Source of the DNA: a virus
Lineage: Duplodnaviria > Caudoviricetes
Strand: one strand, 5' to 3'
IMG/VR virus record: IMGVR_UViG_3300028483_000002
Location: 9,580 to 73,579 of that record
Length of the DNA stretch: 64,000 nucleotides
Shown here: in pieces, positions 28,525-38,483 of the stretch
Layout: each line of letters starts with the position of its first letter
Numbering within the stretch: position 1 is the stretch's first letter
The notes under the pieces: model-generated
Seen by the model: the letters and a program-made list of their open reading frames with translations, nothing else
Databases searched by the model: none
Told to the model about the DNA's origin: nothing
Position numbers and translations under genes: made by a program

Positions 28525-30147
28525 CTAAATAAACAACATTGATTTATTAATTGATTTATTCATATCTTCTGGTAACATTGGTTCTTCCATATCTTCTGGT
28601 AACATAGGCTCATCTGCATCAGACTGTTCTTCCATTCCCAAATCACCACCTTGCATATCATCTTCATTACCCATGCCACCCATACCATCTTGGGCTTGTT
28701 GTGATTGGAATAATTGAGTTAATTGAACATTCATAGGTAAATCAGCAGGATTTTCTATTTTTGATAAATCAATTGGACCAAGCCCTTTTTCTTCTCTTTT
28801 TTCGTTGATACTTTTCCAGGTTCTAACTTCTTTTTCATCCAAGTCTGCTACAGTGTTTGGATTATCTTTTTCATAGCCTACAAACTCGATAACATATTCT
28901 GGATTAATTCTTTTAATTATTTTATTAAGATAAGATTCTAAAAATGTTAATAAATCACCTAATAGAGCCGATTTTGCAGCTTGAATTCTATCCCCACCAC
29001 CATTTTCAAACATAGCTTGTGATTTTTGAGATTGGATTCCTAATTCATCGGCACTACAACCAAACAAAGCCATAACACCACTAGACAGATAATCTAACCA
29101 TTGTTGGAATTCCATATCTCTATTAGTGTTAATTGATTTCCATTCGATTGAACTTTCTTTTGTTCCCGATGGCATAATTGGAATTCTCCATTGATTTAAT
29201 GGTCCACCACTCATAATTTCTGCAATGTAATCTTCCATCTGTGCTATAACAGTATCATCTGCTTCACCATTAATTAAAAACATTCCTTTTGGCAGTTTAT
29301 TTTCAGTAAAGTTTCCAGAATTATACACAAAAGTATTAATTTCTGATGTAATTAAATCAATTGCTTGTTCTACATACGAATAACCATATTGAGAATGGTA
29401 AATGTCTGTTCTTGGATTTTGAAAATCAAAGACCATATTATCCATCGTATATCCGGCGGCAGGCATACCTTCTACGATTTGCAAAAACTTAAAATCTGTT
29501 TTGTTGTTGCTATCATCAATAACTCTTTCGATTGTTGCAGCGTCAACAGCGAAAAAAGCAACTGCATCACCTTTTTTATTATATTGAATTTCCGTTGCAA
29601 CTTGATCCAATGTTAAAATATCTCTAATAATTTTTGTGGCATACTTTACTAAATCATCTCTAGTTAAATCTTCATAATCTCCGGTATTACAAATAAAATC
29701 TCTAATACGTTCAATTTCTTTTTCATCTTGATTTTTAGATGTTATATCTTCAAATTTTTTATGAATTAAAAAACCTCTCTCATTTCTAGCTGTTACAGGT
29801 TTTAGGTAGGGCTTAATTTTTCGTATAACATGTACAATACAACAGTTAATAATCCATGCTTTTTGAGCAACAGCTCTTAAAGTTCTACAATGGATTCCCC
29901 CACATTGAATTCTAGACATCGTTCTGATGCCATCAAAAGCGTTAGAAGCAACAAAATAAGGATCATAAAAAACAGAATCAGCTCCATGTTCACGCCCTTC
30001 GTCCTGAAAAAAATACTGATTAAATATCTTATTTCCTTCTGCCATTTTGTTGTATGCAACTCTTTTAGCTAAAAGTTTATCCATATCAATTTTCTCTCTA
30101 GCCATCTTTCCCTCCCAAAAATATTTAAAATAAAAAAAAACAGCCAC
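28525..30147 (-). CDS. Portal protein
   Basis: DQVATEIQY...FFAVDAATI, GYSYVEQAI, FTENKLPKGMF, RDMEFQQWL, INEKREEKGLGPI. Confidence 0.9.
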   Translation of the reverse strand: MAVFFYFKYFWEGKMAREKIDMDKLLAKRVAYNKMAEGNKIFNQYFFQDEGREHGADSVFYDPYFVASNAFDGIRTMSRIQCGGIHCRTLRAVAQKAWIINCCIVHVIRKIKPYLKPVTARNERGFLIHKKFEDITSKNQDEKEIERIRDFICNTGDYEDLTRDDLVKYATKIIRDILTLDQVATEIQYNKKGDAVAFFAVDAATIERVIDDSNNKTDFKFLQIVEGMPAAGYTMDNMVFDFQNPRTDIYHSQYGYSYVEQAIDLITSEINTFVYNSGNFTENKLPKGMFLINGEADDTVIAQMEDYIAEIMSGGPLNQWRIPIMPSGTKESSIEWKSINTNRDMEFQQWLDYLSSGVMALFGCSADELGIQSQKSQAMFENGGGDRIQAAKSALLGDLLTFLESYLNKIIKRINPEYVIEFVGYEKDNPNTVADLDEKEVRTWKSINEKREEKGLGPIDLSKIENPADLPMNVQLTQLFQSQQAQDGMGGMGNEDDMQGGDLGMEEQSDADEPMLPEDMEEPMLPEDMNKSINKSMLFI

Positions 30148-30200
30148 TTATTCCAAAAAAAATAGAATAAAATGGCTGCTTGTTATAAACACACCTAATA
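30132..30200 (-). promoter_or_regulatory. Late leader element L5
   Basis: TATTAGGTGTGTTT...GCAGCCATTTTATTC...GAATAAGTGGCTG followed by T9; an extended -10 TGTTATAAA lies upstream. Confidence 0.65.
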
Positions 30201-30240
30201 TTTAATTCATTTTATAACATTTTTTATTAAATGTATAGTT

Positions 30241-30801
30241 TCATTTTATTTCCTTAATTACGAATTGAGATCCATAATAATAACAACAGTCTATACATTT
30301 TGTTGTATTATAAGTTTCATTATTATAATTATTACAAATTTTACAAGGGGAAGTGATGTTTGGAATTTCATTCATAAAATCTTGAACCTTGGATAAACAG
30401 AGAATTTTTTCCAATTCTTTTATCCTATCAGAACACTTTGCAAGTTGTTGAATAAGATTAGTGTTTTCTAGGTCTTGTTCGGGAAATGTAGGTTGTATAT
30501 TATTTGGGTTAGATAAGTTTTCAAAATGCTTGTTAATTCTTGCAAATACATCTTCTGCCGTTAAATATCCTAGAACTGTATCTCCAATTCCTTCCAATTC
30601 TTGTTCTGTTAATAATCCTTGTATTTCCAATTTATCTTTTTCTCTTCCGTAAGAGCAATCGTGTTCTATGACAGAACAAATAACATTATCTTTGCTTGGA
30701 TAACAAATATGATAACCACCATGAAATTCTGAAAAGTCAAAAGGGATTTGGTGTTGAGTTAACATTTCTTTTAATTTTAAAATTTCATTATATTTTTCCA
30801 T
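30241..30801 (-). CDS. Hypothetical protein
   Basis: SVIEHDCSYGREKDKLEI.GL...GDTVLGYLT phage-type motif; Cys pairs. Confidence 0.5.
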   Translation of the reverse strand: MEKYNEILKLKEMLTQHQIPFDFSEFHGGYHICYPSKDNVICSVIEHDCSYGREKDKLEIQGLLTEQELEGIGDTVLGYLTAEDVFARINKHFENLSNPNNIQPTFPEQDLENTNLIQQLAKCSDRIKELEKILCLSKVQDFMNEIPNITSPCKICNNYNNETYNTTKCIDCCYYYGSQFVIKEIK

Positions 30802-31117
30802 ACATTGCTCCTTTAATCTTCAAACATTTTTAGCCAGCCCATTATTCCTAAAAATAGAATACATAATGGAGCTGTAATAATCAATAAGATTGTCATTCCA
30901 ATTTTGAACAAGTTATTTGTATTTTTCATTCCGTATCCCTATCTTATTAGTACAGTGAGGTGCGGCAAAATATAATACACTCATTTCTATTCACTCCTTT
31001 TCTTCCATTCCTTTTTAAAGATACCTTTTGTGCAACTGCAAGCAACAAGCCCTTTTACATCTTTCTCCTTACATTTTCTGCAAGGTGAAAGATACCATAA
31101 GATTTTCTGAATTATTT

Positions 31118-31501
31118 TCATTCAATCTCCTTTGGAAGTTCTGGAAGTTTTTCTGAGTATTTCCAAGCATAAATCTTCCCAAAAATATCTACCTTTTTCC
31201 AGCCAACAGGTTTTCTAGCATCCCAATAAATGAAATTAGTTCCATCAAAACAACAGTCCTTTTCACAAGGATTTTGGTAAGCATTGATGTAAGCAACTGT
31301 AACATCTGCTCTACCGAACTCTGTATTCGGTAAATCTCCATCTTTCACAAAATGCCATTCATTAGCCTTGTTATAACCGAACTCTGCACCTTTCTGAAAG
31401 GCTTTTTTAACATTGTTATAATCAGTAATGTATGCATATTCATCACTGCCATATACCTTTTTATTTTCTTCTGCGTATTCTTCTGCTTCTTTCTCAAACA
31501 T
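31118..31501 (-). CDS. Hypothetical protein (DUF551-like)
   Basis: EKEAEEYA...NEWH.VKDGDLP...AW....LP. Confidence 0.45.
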   Translation of the reverse strand: MFEKEAEEYAEENKKVYGSDEYAYITDYNNVKKAFQKGAEFGYNKANEWHFVKDGDLPNTEFGRADVTVAYINAYQNPCEKDCCFDGTNFIYWDARKPVGWKKVDIFGKIYAWKYSEKLPELPKEIE

Positions 31502-31503
31502 AG

Positions 31504-31854
31504 TTACTCCTTAAACGGTTCAATATAACACCAATACTCAACTTCATTATCATCTACCCAATCACCGTCTAACTGTTCAAATTGAGTAAGGATATGTCCA
31601 TATCCAATTTCATCTTCTGTAGGATAATAGGCAAAAGTTTTACAAATATATTCTTCTCTATATTTAGTTCTTACTCTTACGAGCCTATCTAATTTAGGAT
31701 AGTCTTTTTTCCAATCAAGTTTGTGCCACTTAGATTTGCCTGCTTTAAGTCCAGCAAGATAAGCTTGTTTTAATGCTTTGTAGTTAGTTTGTCCTTCTTC
31801 GTAATGTTTCCAATTTTCAATTGCATATTTTTCTGCCATTTCTTCATCTGTCAT
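31504..31854 (-). CDS. Hypothetical protein (DUF551-like)
   Basis: EEMAEKYA...AYLAGLKAGKSKWH...YP...VEYWCYI. Confidence 0.45.
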   Translation of the reverse strand: MTDEEMAEKYAIENWKHYEEGQTNYKALKQAYLAGLKAGKSKWHKLDWKKDYPKLDRLVRVRTKYREEYICKTFAYYPTEDEIGYGHILTQFEQLDGDWVDDNEVEYWCYIEPFKE

Positions 31855-32026
31855 ATCTATCCTCCTTATAATCCTGTACTCTCTGTCTTACAACCACACT
31901 TAACACAAATCCAGTAAAAACCTCCGCCACAATACTTACATTGTAACATCGGAATATTACAAGTAGGGCAAAGTGTTGTGGTAGTAACTTTGTTTATATA
32001 AGTTTTCTTGTCTTTCTCAAACATAG

Positions 32027-32488
32027 TTACTCCTTTAAAAATTGCTCTGCTTCTTCACAAAGTTCATTCCACATTTTTGTATGTACTTCGGGATTTTCGG
32101 GGTCATATTCAACTTCATTATTTACAAACTCCAGAAATCTTTTAACAATACCTTTTAATTTGGTGAGTTGGTTATAGAACTTCTGCTCCATTTTGGAGTA
32201 GTTATCAACCATAACCTTGTTATCGTCTTTCAGTTCTGCTAACTCCCACTTATCTTTGTATTTATTGTCGTTTATTGGTGTTGGACCGAAATGAATACAA
32301 TTATCACAAATGCAGTAAAAGTTTTCTACATTTTTACAATTTTGACAACATCGCATCTTTTTATTTATTAACTTCAATTGCTCGATTTCTTCTTCAAGTT
32401 CAACTATATATTCAAGTGCAATTGTGCCAATTGCCTCGCCAATGTTGGAAAGTCTATTTTTAATTACTTCTGGTGTATATTTTGTCAT
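32027..32488 (-). CDS. Hypothetical protein
   Basis: Coupled ORF; RCCQNC motif; ends EAEQFLKE. Confidence 0.4.
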   Translation of the reverse strand: MTKYTPEVIKNRLSNIGEAIGTIALEYIVELEEEIEQLKLINKKMRCCQNCKNVENFYCICDNCIHFGPTPINDNKYKDKWELAELKDDNKVMVDNYSKMEQKFYNQLTKLKGIVKRFLEFVNNEVEYDPENPEVHTKMWNELCEEAEQFLKE

Positions 32489-32808
32489 TCTTTCACCTCG
32501 TTATTTAAGAATTGCTCTGCTTTATTTACAGCATCTTGAAAAGAAAACATTTTCTTCTGTTGTAACTCGATATTAGTGCCAGAATAAGTATCTGGTGCAT
32601 TAGCAATCAATTTCTGCATAATTTCTTTTGCTTCGATGAGATTTTCGTTTAAGTCTATTAAATCTTTTTCATACTGTTCATTTTGTGCAAGAAAAGTATT
32701 TCGTTCATTTCTTAAAGAAAACTGTTGTTTTTTCAGTTCTGCGTTTTCTTTTGTACATTCATCAAGATTTTCGCCGAACTCCATAGCAGCTTCTATCCAA
32801 GCACACAA
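32485..32808 (-). CDS. Hypothetical coiled-coil protein
   Basis: Coupled ORF; ends KAEQFLN. Confidence 0.4.
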   Translation of the reverse strand: MCAWIEAAMEFGENLDECTKENAELKKQQFSLRNERNTFLAQNEQYEKDLIDLNENLIEAKEIMQKLIANAPDTYSGTNIELQQKKMFSFQDAVNKAEQFLNNEVKE

Positions 32809-33065
32809 CTGCTTAACTTTTCATTCATAATAATGCTATCTTTTAATGCTCGAACAAAGCTCGTATCTTTTAGTTTTAGCATGTATTCATTTTCTAGTTC
32901 TTTTGCACCTGCAATATAGCCTTCTTCCAAACCATTAATATAGCCTTCGTTATAACCTTTATCATACTCTAAGTCAGAAGTATCATCATAAACTCCTAAT
33001 ATACAATGTTTTTCTTGTTCTTCAGCATAGTTTTCTGCTTTCTTTTCTAATTCTTTATCTATCAT
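32793..33065 (-). CDS. Hypothetical protein
   Basis: KKAENYAE...GYIAGAKE small-ORF family. Confidence 0.4.
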   Translation of the reverse strand: MIDKELEKKAENYAEEQEKHCILGVYDDTSDLEYDKGYNEGYINGLEEGYIAGAKELENEYMLKLKDTSFVRALKDSIIMNEKLSSCVLG

Positions 33066-33339
33066 TTATAACCTCGTCATAAGTTTTGTTTACAATTACT
33101 GTTAAACAAAGTTTTTGAGTAACTCCATCAACTTTATCCCAATTTTCAATTACTTCTGTTATAACCAAATCATTCCACCCTTTTGGAAAAGATGATATGG
33201 AATACAGAAGCATTGGGAATTCTTTACCATCTGAACTCTTTACAGCACAATCTGGTCTGTTGTCTTGGAACATTTCTTCTAAAATATCAGAAGCATCTTT
33301 TAGTGTTCGGTTAATTAAATTTTCATATTTTCTTAACAT
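33055..33339 (-). CDS. Hypothetical protein
   Basis: Coupled ORF. Confidence 0.35.
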   Translation of the reverse strand: MLRKYENLINRTLKDASDILEEMFQDNRPDCAVKSSDGKEFPMLLYSISSFPKGWNDLVITEVIENWDKVDGVTQKLCLTVIVNKTYDEVINDR

Positions 33340-33566
33340 TCTTCACCTCTTTGTTTTCTTATTCTTTTAACCCTTTCGTGTCCTTTCCAATTAGAATCAA
33401 GTTTATTTAAATGTAATTTAACAAATTCTAATACATTGTTTACTTCGCACATTCTTAGTTTGTTCATGTCTTCTTTTAAAACTTTTTTTGCCTTATCAAT
33501 CTCTCGGTATGTTTCTTTAAGTTTTCTTTGGTCTTTGTTTATTTCTTCTAAAATATTATGTTTCAT
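33333..33566 (-). CDS. Hypothetical protein
   Basis: Coupled ORF with SD GGAGG. Confidence 0.35.
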   Translation of the reverse strand: MKHNILEEINKDQRKLKETYREIDKAKKVLKEDMNKLRMCEVNNVLEFVKLHLNKLDSNWKGHERVKRIRKQRGEEC

Positions 33567-33814
33567 TCTTCCACCTCCTCAAACTTTTCAAGAAACTCTT
33601 TCTTTTCTCTTATGAATAATTTTTTACCATCATTGTAAAGAATACAAATCGTTCCATCTCTTTCATTTGTACAATCTATTACTTCACTAATAACTATATA
33701 GATTTTTCCGTTCTTTTTATTTCTGTATTTATTATTTTTCATTCTTCTATCTCAAATTCTCTTAAAGTTTTGTATAGAATATCTAAATCACCACGACACC
33801 AACCCAATAAATAT

Positions 33815-34150
33815 TCAAACATTCTTCTTTACCTCACCAAAAGTATTTTTAATCTTCATTAAGACTGCTCCAACTTGTGATAGTTCTGAAATGCAATATT
33901 CAAGGTATTCTTCAATGACTATATCAATATCTTTTGGATTTATTTTTGTATCTTGTTTAATCCATTTCCAAAAATCTTCTAAAGAATATTTTATTCTTGT
34001 CATATCTTCGCTTGCTTCTTCCACTTCTTCCAAAAGAACAGCATAACCCTCGTGAAGTGAGTGGTATTTTTCTCCAAACTTTTCGCAAGCATTCTTATAT
34101 TCTGTTTGGATAAGTTCATTTACTAACTTTTCTGTTTCTGGTGCAAACAT
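33815..34150 (-). CDS. MazG-like all-alpha nucleotide pyrophosphatase-like protein
   Basis: YHSLHEGYAVLLEEVEEA...ELSQVGAV. Confidence 0.5.
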   Translation of the reverse strand: MFAPETEKLVNELIQTEYKNACEKFGEKYHSLHEGYAVLLEEVEEASEDMTRIKYSLEDFWKWIKQDTKINPKDIDIVIEEYLEYCISELSQVGAVLMKIKNTFGEVKKNV

Positions 34151-34155
34151 TTTCC

Positions 34156-35058
34156 TTACTCCTTATTTTCTTTTTCTATTTCTGCTTCTGCGTCGATTCC
34201 AGAAATTTCTTTGAATATTTCGTTATCCCAATTTGGCAAGCCAAGAAGTTTTTTATGTTCTTCTGTGTTTGCTTTATCCCAAGCAAGTTTAAACGCTTCT
34301 TTGTATTCAAGAGTTTTTAGAAAGCCACCACAAATTTCTATCTCTTGTTTGTGCTCTTTTTTTTCTTCATCAGTAGCAGTGTCGTGAGATACCCAAACAG
34401 TTAAGTCAAAGTAAAGAAATGATGGGAAATTAATATCATTTCTTTCAATAGCAGTTTCTTTATTGAACATTCTAAGTAATGGTGTGCTGGTATTGAAAAA
34501 ACCACTATTCCAATCGCCACTATTCCAATTGCCACTATTATAACTTCCACTGTTATAACTTCCAGTATTGTAAAAACCACTATTCCAATCGCCACTATTC
34601 CAATTGCCACTATTACGATCGCCACTATTACAATTGCCACTATTACGATCGCCACTATTCCAATTGCCACTATTATAACTTCCACTGTTATAACTTCCAG
34701 TATTGTAAAAACCACTATTCCAATCGCCACTATTCCAATCGCCACTATTACAATTGCCACTATTAATCAGTTCTTTTTTTTCATCTCCTGTAATCTCACG
34801 GAGGATTGTAATTGAATTCGTTCCGTACTTGTCGCCCTGTTTTATATATTCACCTGCGATAATTTCGCAAATTCTCGATTCTGAAAGTTTGTAATTACTT
34901 TCTTTTTTTATAGCAAGAAGTTCTCGACAAAAATGAAATACTTTGTCAGTACAACATTCTAAATCTTCTTTTTTAGTGTCTTTTGTATAAGTTTTTCCCA
35001 CTTCAAACTGGAATCCTCGACAACATAAATTTTGGTCAAATGCTTTATACCCTATCAT
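34156..35058 (-). CDS. Pentapeptide (NSGxx) repeat phage protein
   Basis: MIGYKAFD..L.CRGFQFEVGKTY N-terminus, a run of NSG(D/N)(W/C/R)/NTGSY repeats, and C-terminal LPNWDNEIFKEISGID. Confidence 0.8.
   Translation of the reverse strand: MIGYKAFDQNLCCRGFQFEVGKTYTKDTKKEDLECCTDKVFHFCRELLAIKKESNYKLSESRICEIIAGEYIKQGDKYGTNSITILREITGDEKKELINSGNCNSGDWNSGDWNSGFYNTGSYNSGSYNSGNWNSGDRNSGNCNSGDRNSGNWNSGDWNSGFYNTGSYNSGSYNSGNWNSGDWNSGFFNTSTPLLRMFNKETAIERNDINFPSFLYFDLTVWVSHDTATDEEKKEHKQEIEICGGFLKTLEYKEAFKLAWDKANTEEHKKLLGLPNWDNEIFKEISGIDAEAEIEKENKE
34497..34765. repeat. Tandem 15-bp repeat array (about 18 units) encoding the pentapeptides
   Basis: Recurrent CCACTATT(C/A)CAAT(C/T)G units with a higher-order duplicated block. 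Confidence 0.9.
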
Positions 35059-35530
35059 AAATTTCCCCTGTCAATTTATAAAATTCTTCCATATCCACAA
35101 AGTCTACAATTTCATCACATTTTCGCCGATTGTATAATTCTTTCTGGACCCGGCAGTAAAACTATCCTTCACTAATTTTTCTGTTTGTTCACTAAAGGCC
35201 ATAATATCCCCCATAAAAAATACGGTTTGATATTTCGCACGTTTGTAGTCGATTTATCCATTGCAGAACTACCTCTGTGTTATCCCCACCACCGTAAGGT
35301 CAAAACTAAAAAGGTTAATAGAAATAAAAAAAATATTTTATGCACAACTTTTTTTTCGGAAGTTGCTACCGAGATTTATTTTAAATAGTCAACGACTATT
35401 TTTTTTAACAAAAAAAGCTAACCACATTTCTTCTCCCAAAAGGAGGTTGCGTAAGAAATATGATTAGCAAAAATTTTTCAACTTAAAAAATCACGCAACA
35501 CAATTTCTTAAACTGAAACAAAAAAAATAA

Positions 35531-35603
35531 TTTACATTTGTAAACTTAACTTATAATAAATCACAGGTGTTATTTTGTCAAGATTAATTTTAACATTTGT
35601 AAA
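35531..35603 (-). promoter_or_regulatory. Sigma70 promoter flanked by two TT(T/A)ACATTTGTAAA operators
   Basis: TTGACA-17-TATTAT; operators at 35531-35544 and 35590-35603. Confidence 0.75.
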
Positions 35604-37235
35604 CTAATAACCAAACATTTTATTCAATTGTCTTAAACTTTTCCCTTTTGGAATGATAATTCCAGATTCCGTTTGAACTGTTCCGCCATGATCTCTAGCA
35701 TAATCAGAATTATTTTGATTAATCTTTTCTTGCATTTTTCGTTCTGCACGTTGAGACCAATAATTAATCGTTTGTGTATTCCCACACGCAATATTAGACA
35801 AGGCAAAACTCCAAAATGTATCTGCATGCCCGTTTTCATCTCGGTCTGCATCATACCTAAAATTATTTCCACTAGTTGCAATTCTTCTGATACTGTGTAT
35901 TTGATGATGCAAGTTTTTATCATTTGGCAAAATGAACTCTCTGTGTTGTAACCCTATTTTTATTCCCTGTGCCATTTCCTCTTTCGCTTGGGCTGTAAAA
36001 TATATTCCTTCAACTTTTGCTTTTCCAATATCTTTTTCAAGTCTTTCAAGTATCGGCAACCCCATTCCCGTACAGTCAATACACATTCTTCTAATAGGCA
36101 ATGCCTGATTCAATCTTTTTATTGCTGCAATCTGATATTCAAAATCTTTACCCCTTAATTCTTCATACCCAAAAACTTTCTTTTTACCATTTGGCAAAAG
36201 CCCCAAAACAAAAATACTTGCCGCATCTCTTTTTTTCGCAATATCATATCCCAAGTACAAAACTCCATGTTTTTCCGGATTGTATTCTGTAGTACACATA
36301 TCATCTACAGTCTTGCAAATTTGTAATTCTTTACCAAAAAAACTATCTGCTTCACCAAATTCTAAATCTTTTTCTAAATCTTCATTAGAATAATCTTCAT
36401 TCATTCCAGGAGTACAAGAATAAATTTCCTCCAAAGTGATATAACTTTCGGCGCTATCAATAAACAGACATTCACACTCTTGCTGAAAATCCTCCAAAAC
36501 ATCGTTCCTAAAAATCTCTTTTAATGTTTCTGTTGCAAACTTCTCAACTCTTTCCTCTGTATTCATATTAGGTGCTTCACGAACAGCTGTTCCTACATCG
36601 ATACATAATGCAGTCGAAAACCACCAAGGTACATTAAATCTTTGATATGCAGGATATTTTTTTTTGTCAGTACATATCTCATAAAATCTCCCAATACATC
36701 CTAATGGTGTTGAGCCTACTTCAATCGTTCCTCCGCGTGAAATAACATATAAAGCGGCAGTGTATACTAATTTAGACATGTTAGGAAGAAATATACCGTA
36801 TTCATCAAGAGAAATGTCCCCACCTTTTCCACGAGGTGGTCTACAAGGCATAGAAATTAAACGAGATGTAGTTTTCCCATTTGCGTCCAATAATTCAATT
36901 TCTGATTTATTCTCTGTTCTAATTCTTTTTTTTGCAAAATTTGGAATTGAATCATAAAACTCCCGTATATACCTAATTTTTTCTTGTGCGTCAGATTCAT
37001 TATAAGATACAAATTGTTTTACATATTTTTGGCGGCCAGGATCTAAAGCCTTAGACAACCCTTTTAATCCTGTCGCAAAAGAAAATCCAGTACGTCTGGA
37101 TTTGAGAATTGAAATAAATTGTTTTGTTGATAAGATAAAATCTTCTTGCCAAGGATCAAGAATTAATTGTTTATCATCGAATTTACAGTAAGCGTAGAGA
37201 TAATCTAATCTTTGTTCTGGTGTTAATTTATCCAC
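35604..37235 (-). CDS. terL: Terminase large subunit
   Basis: ILKSRRTGFS (Walker A), ISLDEYG (Walker B), STPLG, GYDIAKKRD, CIDCTGMG, GHADTFWSFAL. Confidence 0.9.
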   Translation of the reverse strand: MDKLTPEQRLDYLYAYCKFDDKQLILDPWQEDFILSTKQFISILKSRRTGFSFATGLKGLSKALDPGRQKYVKQFVSYNESDAQEKIRYIREFYDSIPNFAKKRIRTENKSEIELLDANGKTTSRLISMPCRPPRGKGGDISLDEYGIFLPNMSKLVYTAALYVISRGGTIEVGSTPLGCIGRFYEICTDKKKYPAYQRFNVPWWFSTALCIDVGTAVREAPNMNTEERVEKFATETLKEIFRNDVLEDFQQECECLFIDSAESYITLEEIYSCTPGMNEDYSNEDLEKDLEFGEADSFFGKELQICKTVDDMCTTEYNPEKHGVLYLGYDIAKKRDAASIFVLGLLPNGKKKVFGYEELRGKDFEYQIAAIKRLNQALPIRRMCIDCTGMGLPILERLEKDIGKAKVEGIYFTAQAKEEMAQGIKIGLQHREFILPNDKNLHHQIHSIRRIATSGNNFRYDADRDENGHADTFWSFALSNIACGNTQTINYWSQRAERKMQEKINQNNSDYARDHGGTVQTESGIIIPKGKSLRQLNKMFGY

Positions 37236-37354
37236 GAAAAACCCCTTGTTTTGTAAAAAATGATAAAATAGGATAATTTTTGTGGGATATTTTTATAAAT
37301 TTTTTAATAAAAAAACAATTTAAAAATTAAAAACCATGAAGATTTTAATACAAA

Positions 37355-38062
37355 TTAATCATAATCAGGCTGATTCTCGTTAGTTTCGATGTATTCACCA
37401 GCAGCTTCTCTAATTTCTTGATTTCTAAGTTTAATTGTTGTTTTAACTGATGCGAAGTTTTCTTTGATTACATCAAGAGTAGTTTCAACATCATACTCGT
37501 TGTTTGATTTAGTACCATTCAATTGTTCATTGAGTTTGAACAGTTCTTGTGTTTCTTTTTCTCTGTTAGGTAGTTTGTATGTTGGTATGCCCGAATTATT
37601 AATCTCAACGTTATCAATGATACTCGCTTGTTCTTCACTCATATTTTTTAGAGGTCTAATAACAGTGATATTTCGTACAGCCCCAGATTCTGTTTGTATT
37701 TGTTCATTTTCGTAGTAATCCTTAATGTTGTATGTGGCCCTAGAAATTTTTTGAGAAATTAATTTATCAACAGCATCTTTTACGGAAACCTTAATTTGTT
37801 CATCTGTAAATTTTTTAATAAGATTTGCAACAGTAGGGCATTCACGAATTAATTTGTGTTTGGCAACGTAAGAAGTTTTTGTAGAATACCCAGCTTTTTG
37901 AGCTGCAACTGTAGGATTTTTATATCCATTTTGTCCTGGCGTTGTATACCAAATAATTAATAACTTTTGCCGTTTTAATAATTTTACATCGCCCCAGTCA
38001 TAAGCATCTAAATCAATTATTGAGCCATCTGGTAATGTATCTGTATACTTTTCTCTCCCCAT
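37355..38062 (-). CDS. Terminase small subunit-like protein
   Basis: HTH-like TVAAQKAGYSTKTSY; directly upstream of terL. Confidence 0.65.
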   Translation of the reverse strand: MGREKYTDTLPDGSIIDLDAYDWGDVKLLKRQKLLIIWYTTPGQNGYKNPTVAAQKAGYSTKTSYVAKHKLIRECPTVANLIKKFTDEQIKVSVKDAVDKLISQKISRATYNIKDYYENEQIQTESGAVRNITVIRPLKNMSEEQASIIDNVEINNSGIPTYKLPNREKETQELFKLNEQLNGTKSNNEYDVETTLDVIKENFASVKTTIKLRNQEIREAAGEYIETNENQPDYD

Positions 38063-38068
38063 TTTTAA

Positions 38069-38323
38069 TTACTCCTCCAAAACAACAGCAATATCATTGT
38101 TGTCGCAAATATGAGTAGCACCATCAATTGTTACTTCAACTAATTTATATTTGTCTACTAGGACAACATCCCCATTTTTTATGTCTTTTATTTCGCAAGG
38201 GCATTCAACCACTAAAGCCTTGATAAATCTTTCTTCTGATTCTTTAGTTAAAATAATTCCAGAACTTGTTTTATTTTCAATTTCAATTTTTTTAATTAAT
38301 ACTTTGTTGTTCAACATTTTCAT
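38069..38323 (-). CDS. groES: GroES-like co-chaperonin
   Basis: LNNKVLIKK...KTSSGIIL...A.VV...IKNGDVVLV.KY...VTIDG....DNNDIAVVL. Confidence 0.8.
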   Translation of the reverse strand: MKMLNNKVLIKKIEIENKTSSGIILTKESEERFIKALVVECPCEIKDIKNGDVVLVDKYKLVEVTIDGATHICDNNDIAVVLEE

Positions 38324-38483
38324 TATTTTCCCCTTTCATTTTACATTTATGTAAGACATAAACTTTAATTTCTCTGCCCGTATAAGTGTATGCTGTTTGT
38401 TCTTCTGCATCACAACATACAACTTGATCTTTGGTGGTTGGAATATACCTAATTTCTTTTTGGCAAATCTGACATAACTGCAT
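38292..38483 (-). CDS. Small Zn-finger hypothetical protein
   Basis: CQIC...CCD...HKC. Confidence 0.4.
   Translation of the reverse strand: MQLCQICQKEIRYIPTTKDQVVCCDAEEQTAYTYTGREIKVYVLHKCKMKGENNENVEQQSIN

Noticed and set aside
34497-34765. Repeat array as a CRISPR array or DGR target
   Set aside because: The units are contiguous 15-mers in frame within a CDS, with no unique spacers, no cas genes and no reverse transcriptase in the window
35104-35202. 32-aa ORF MAFSEQTEKLVK... with a plausible continuation in another frame
   Set aside because: It could be a decayed gene or a read error, and it is too short to support a recoding claim
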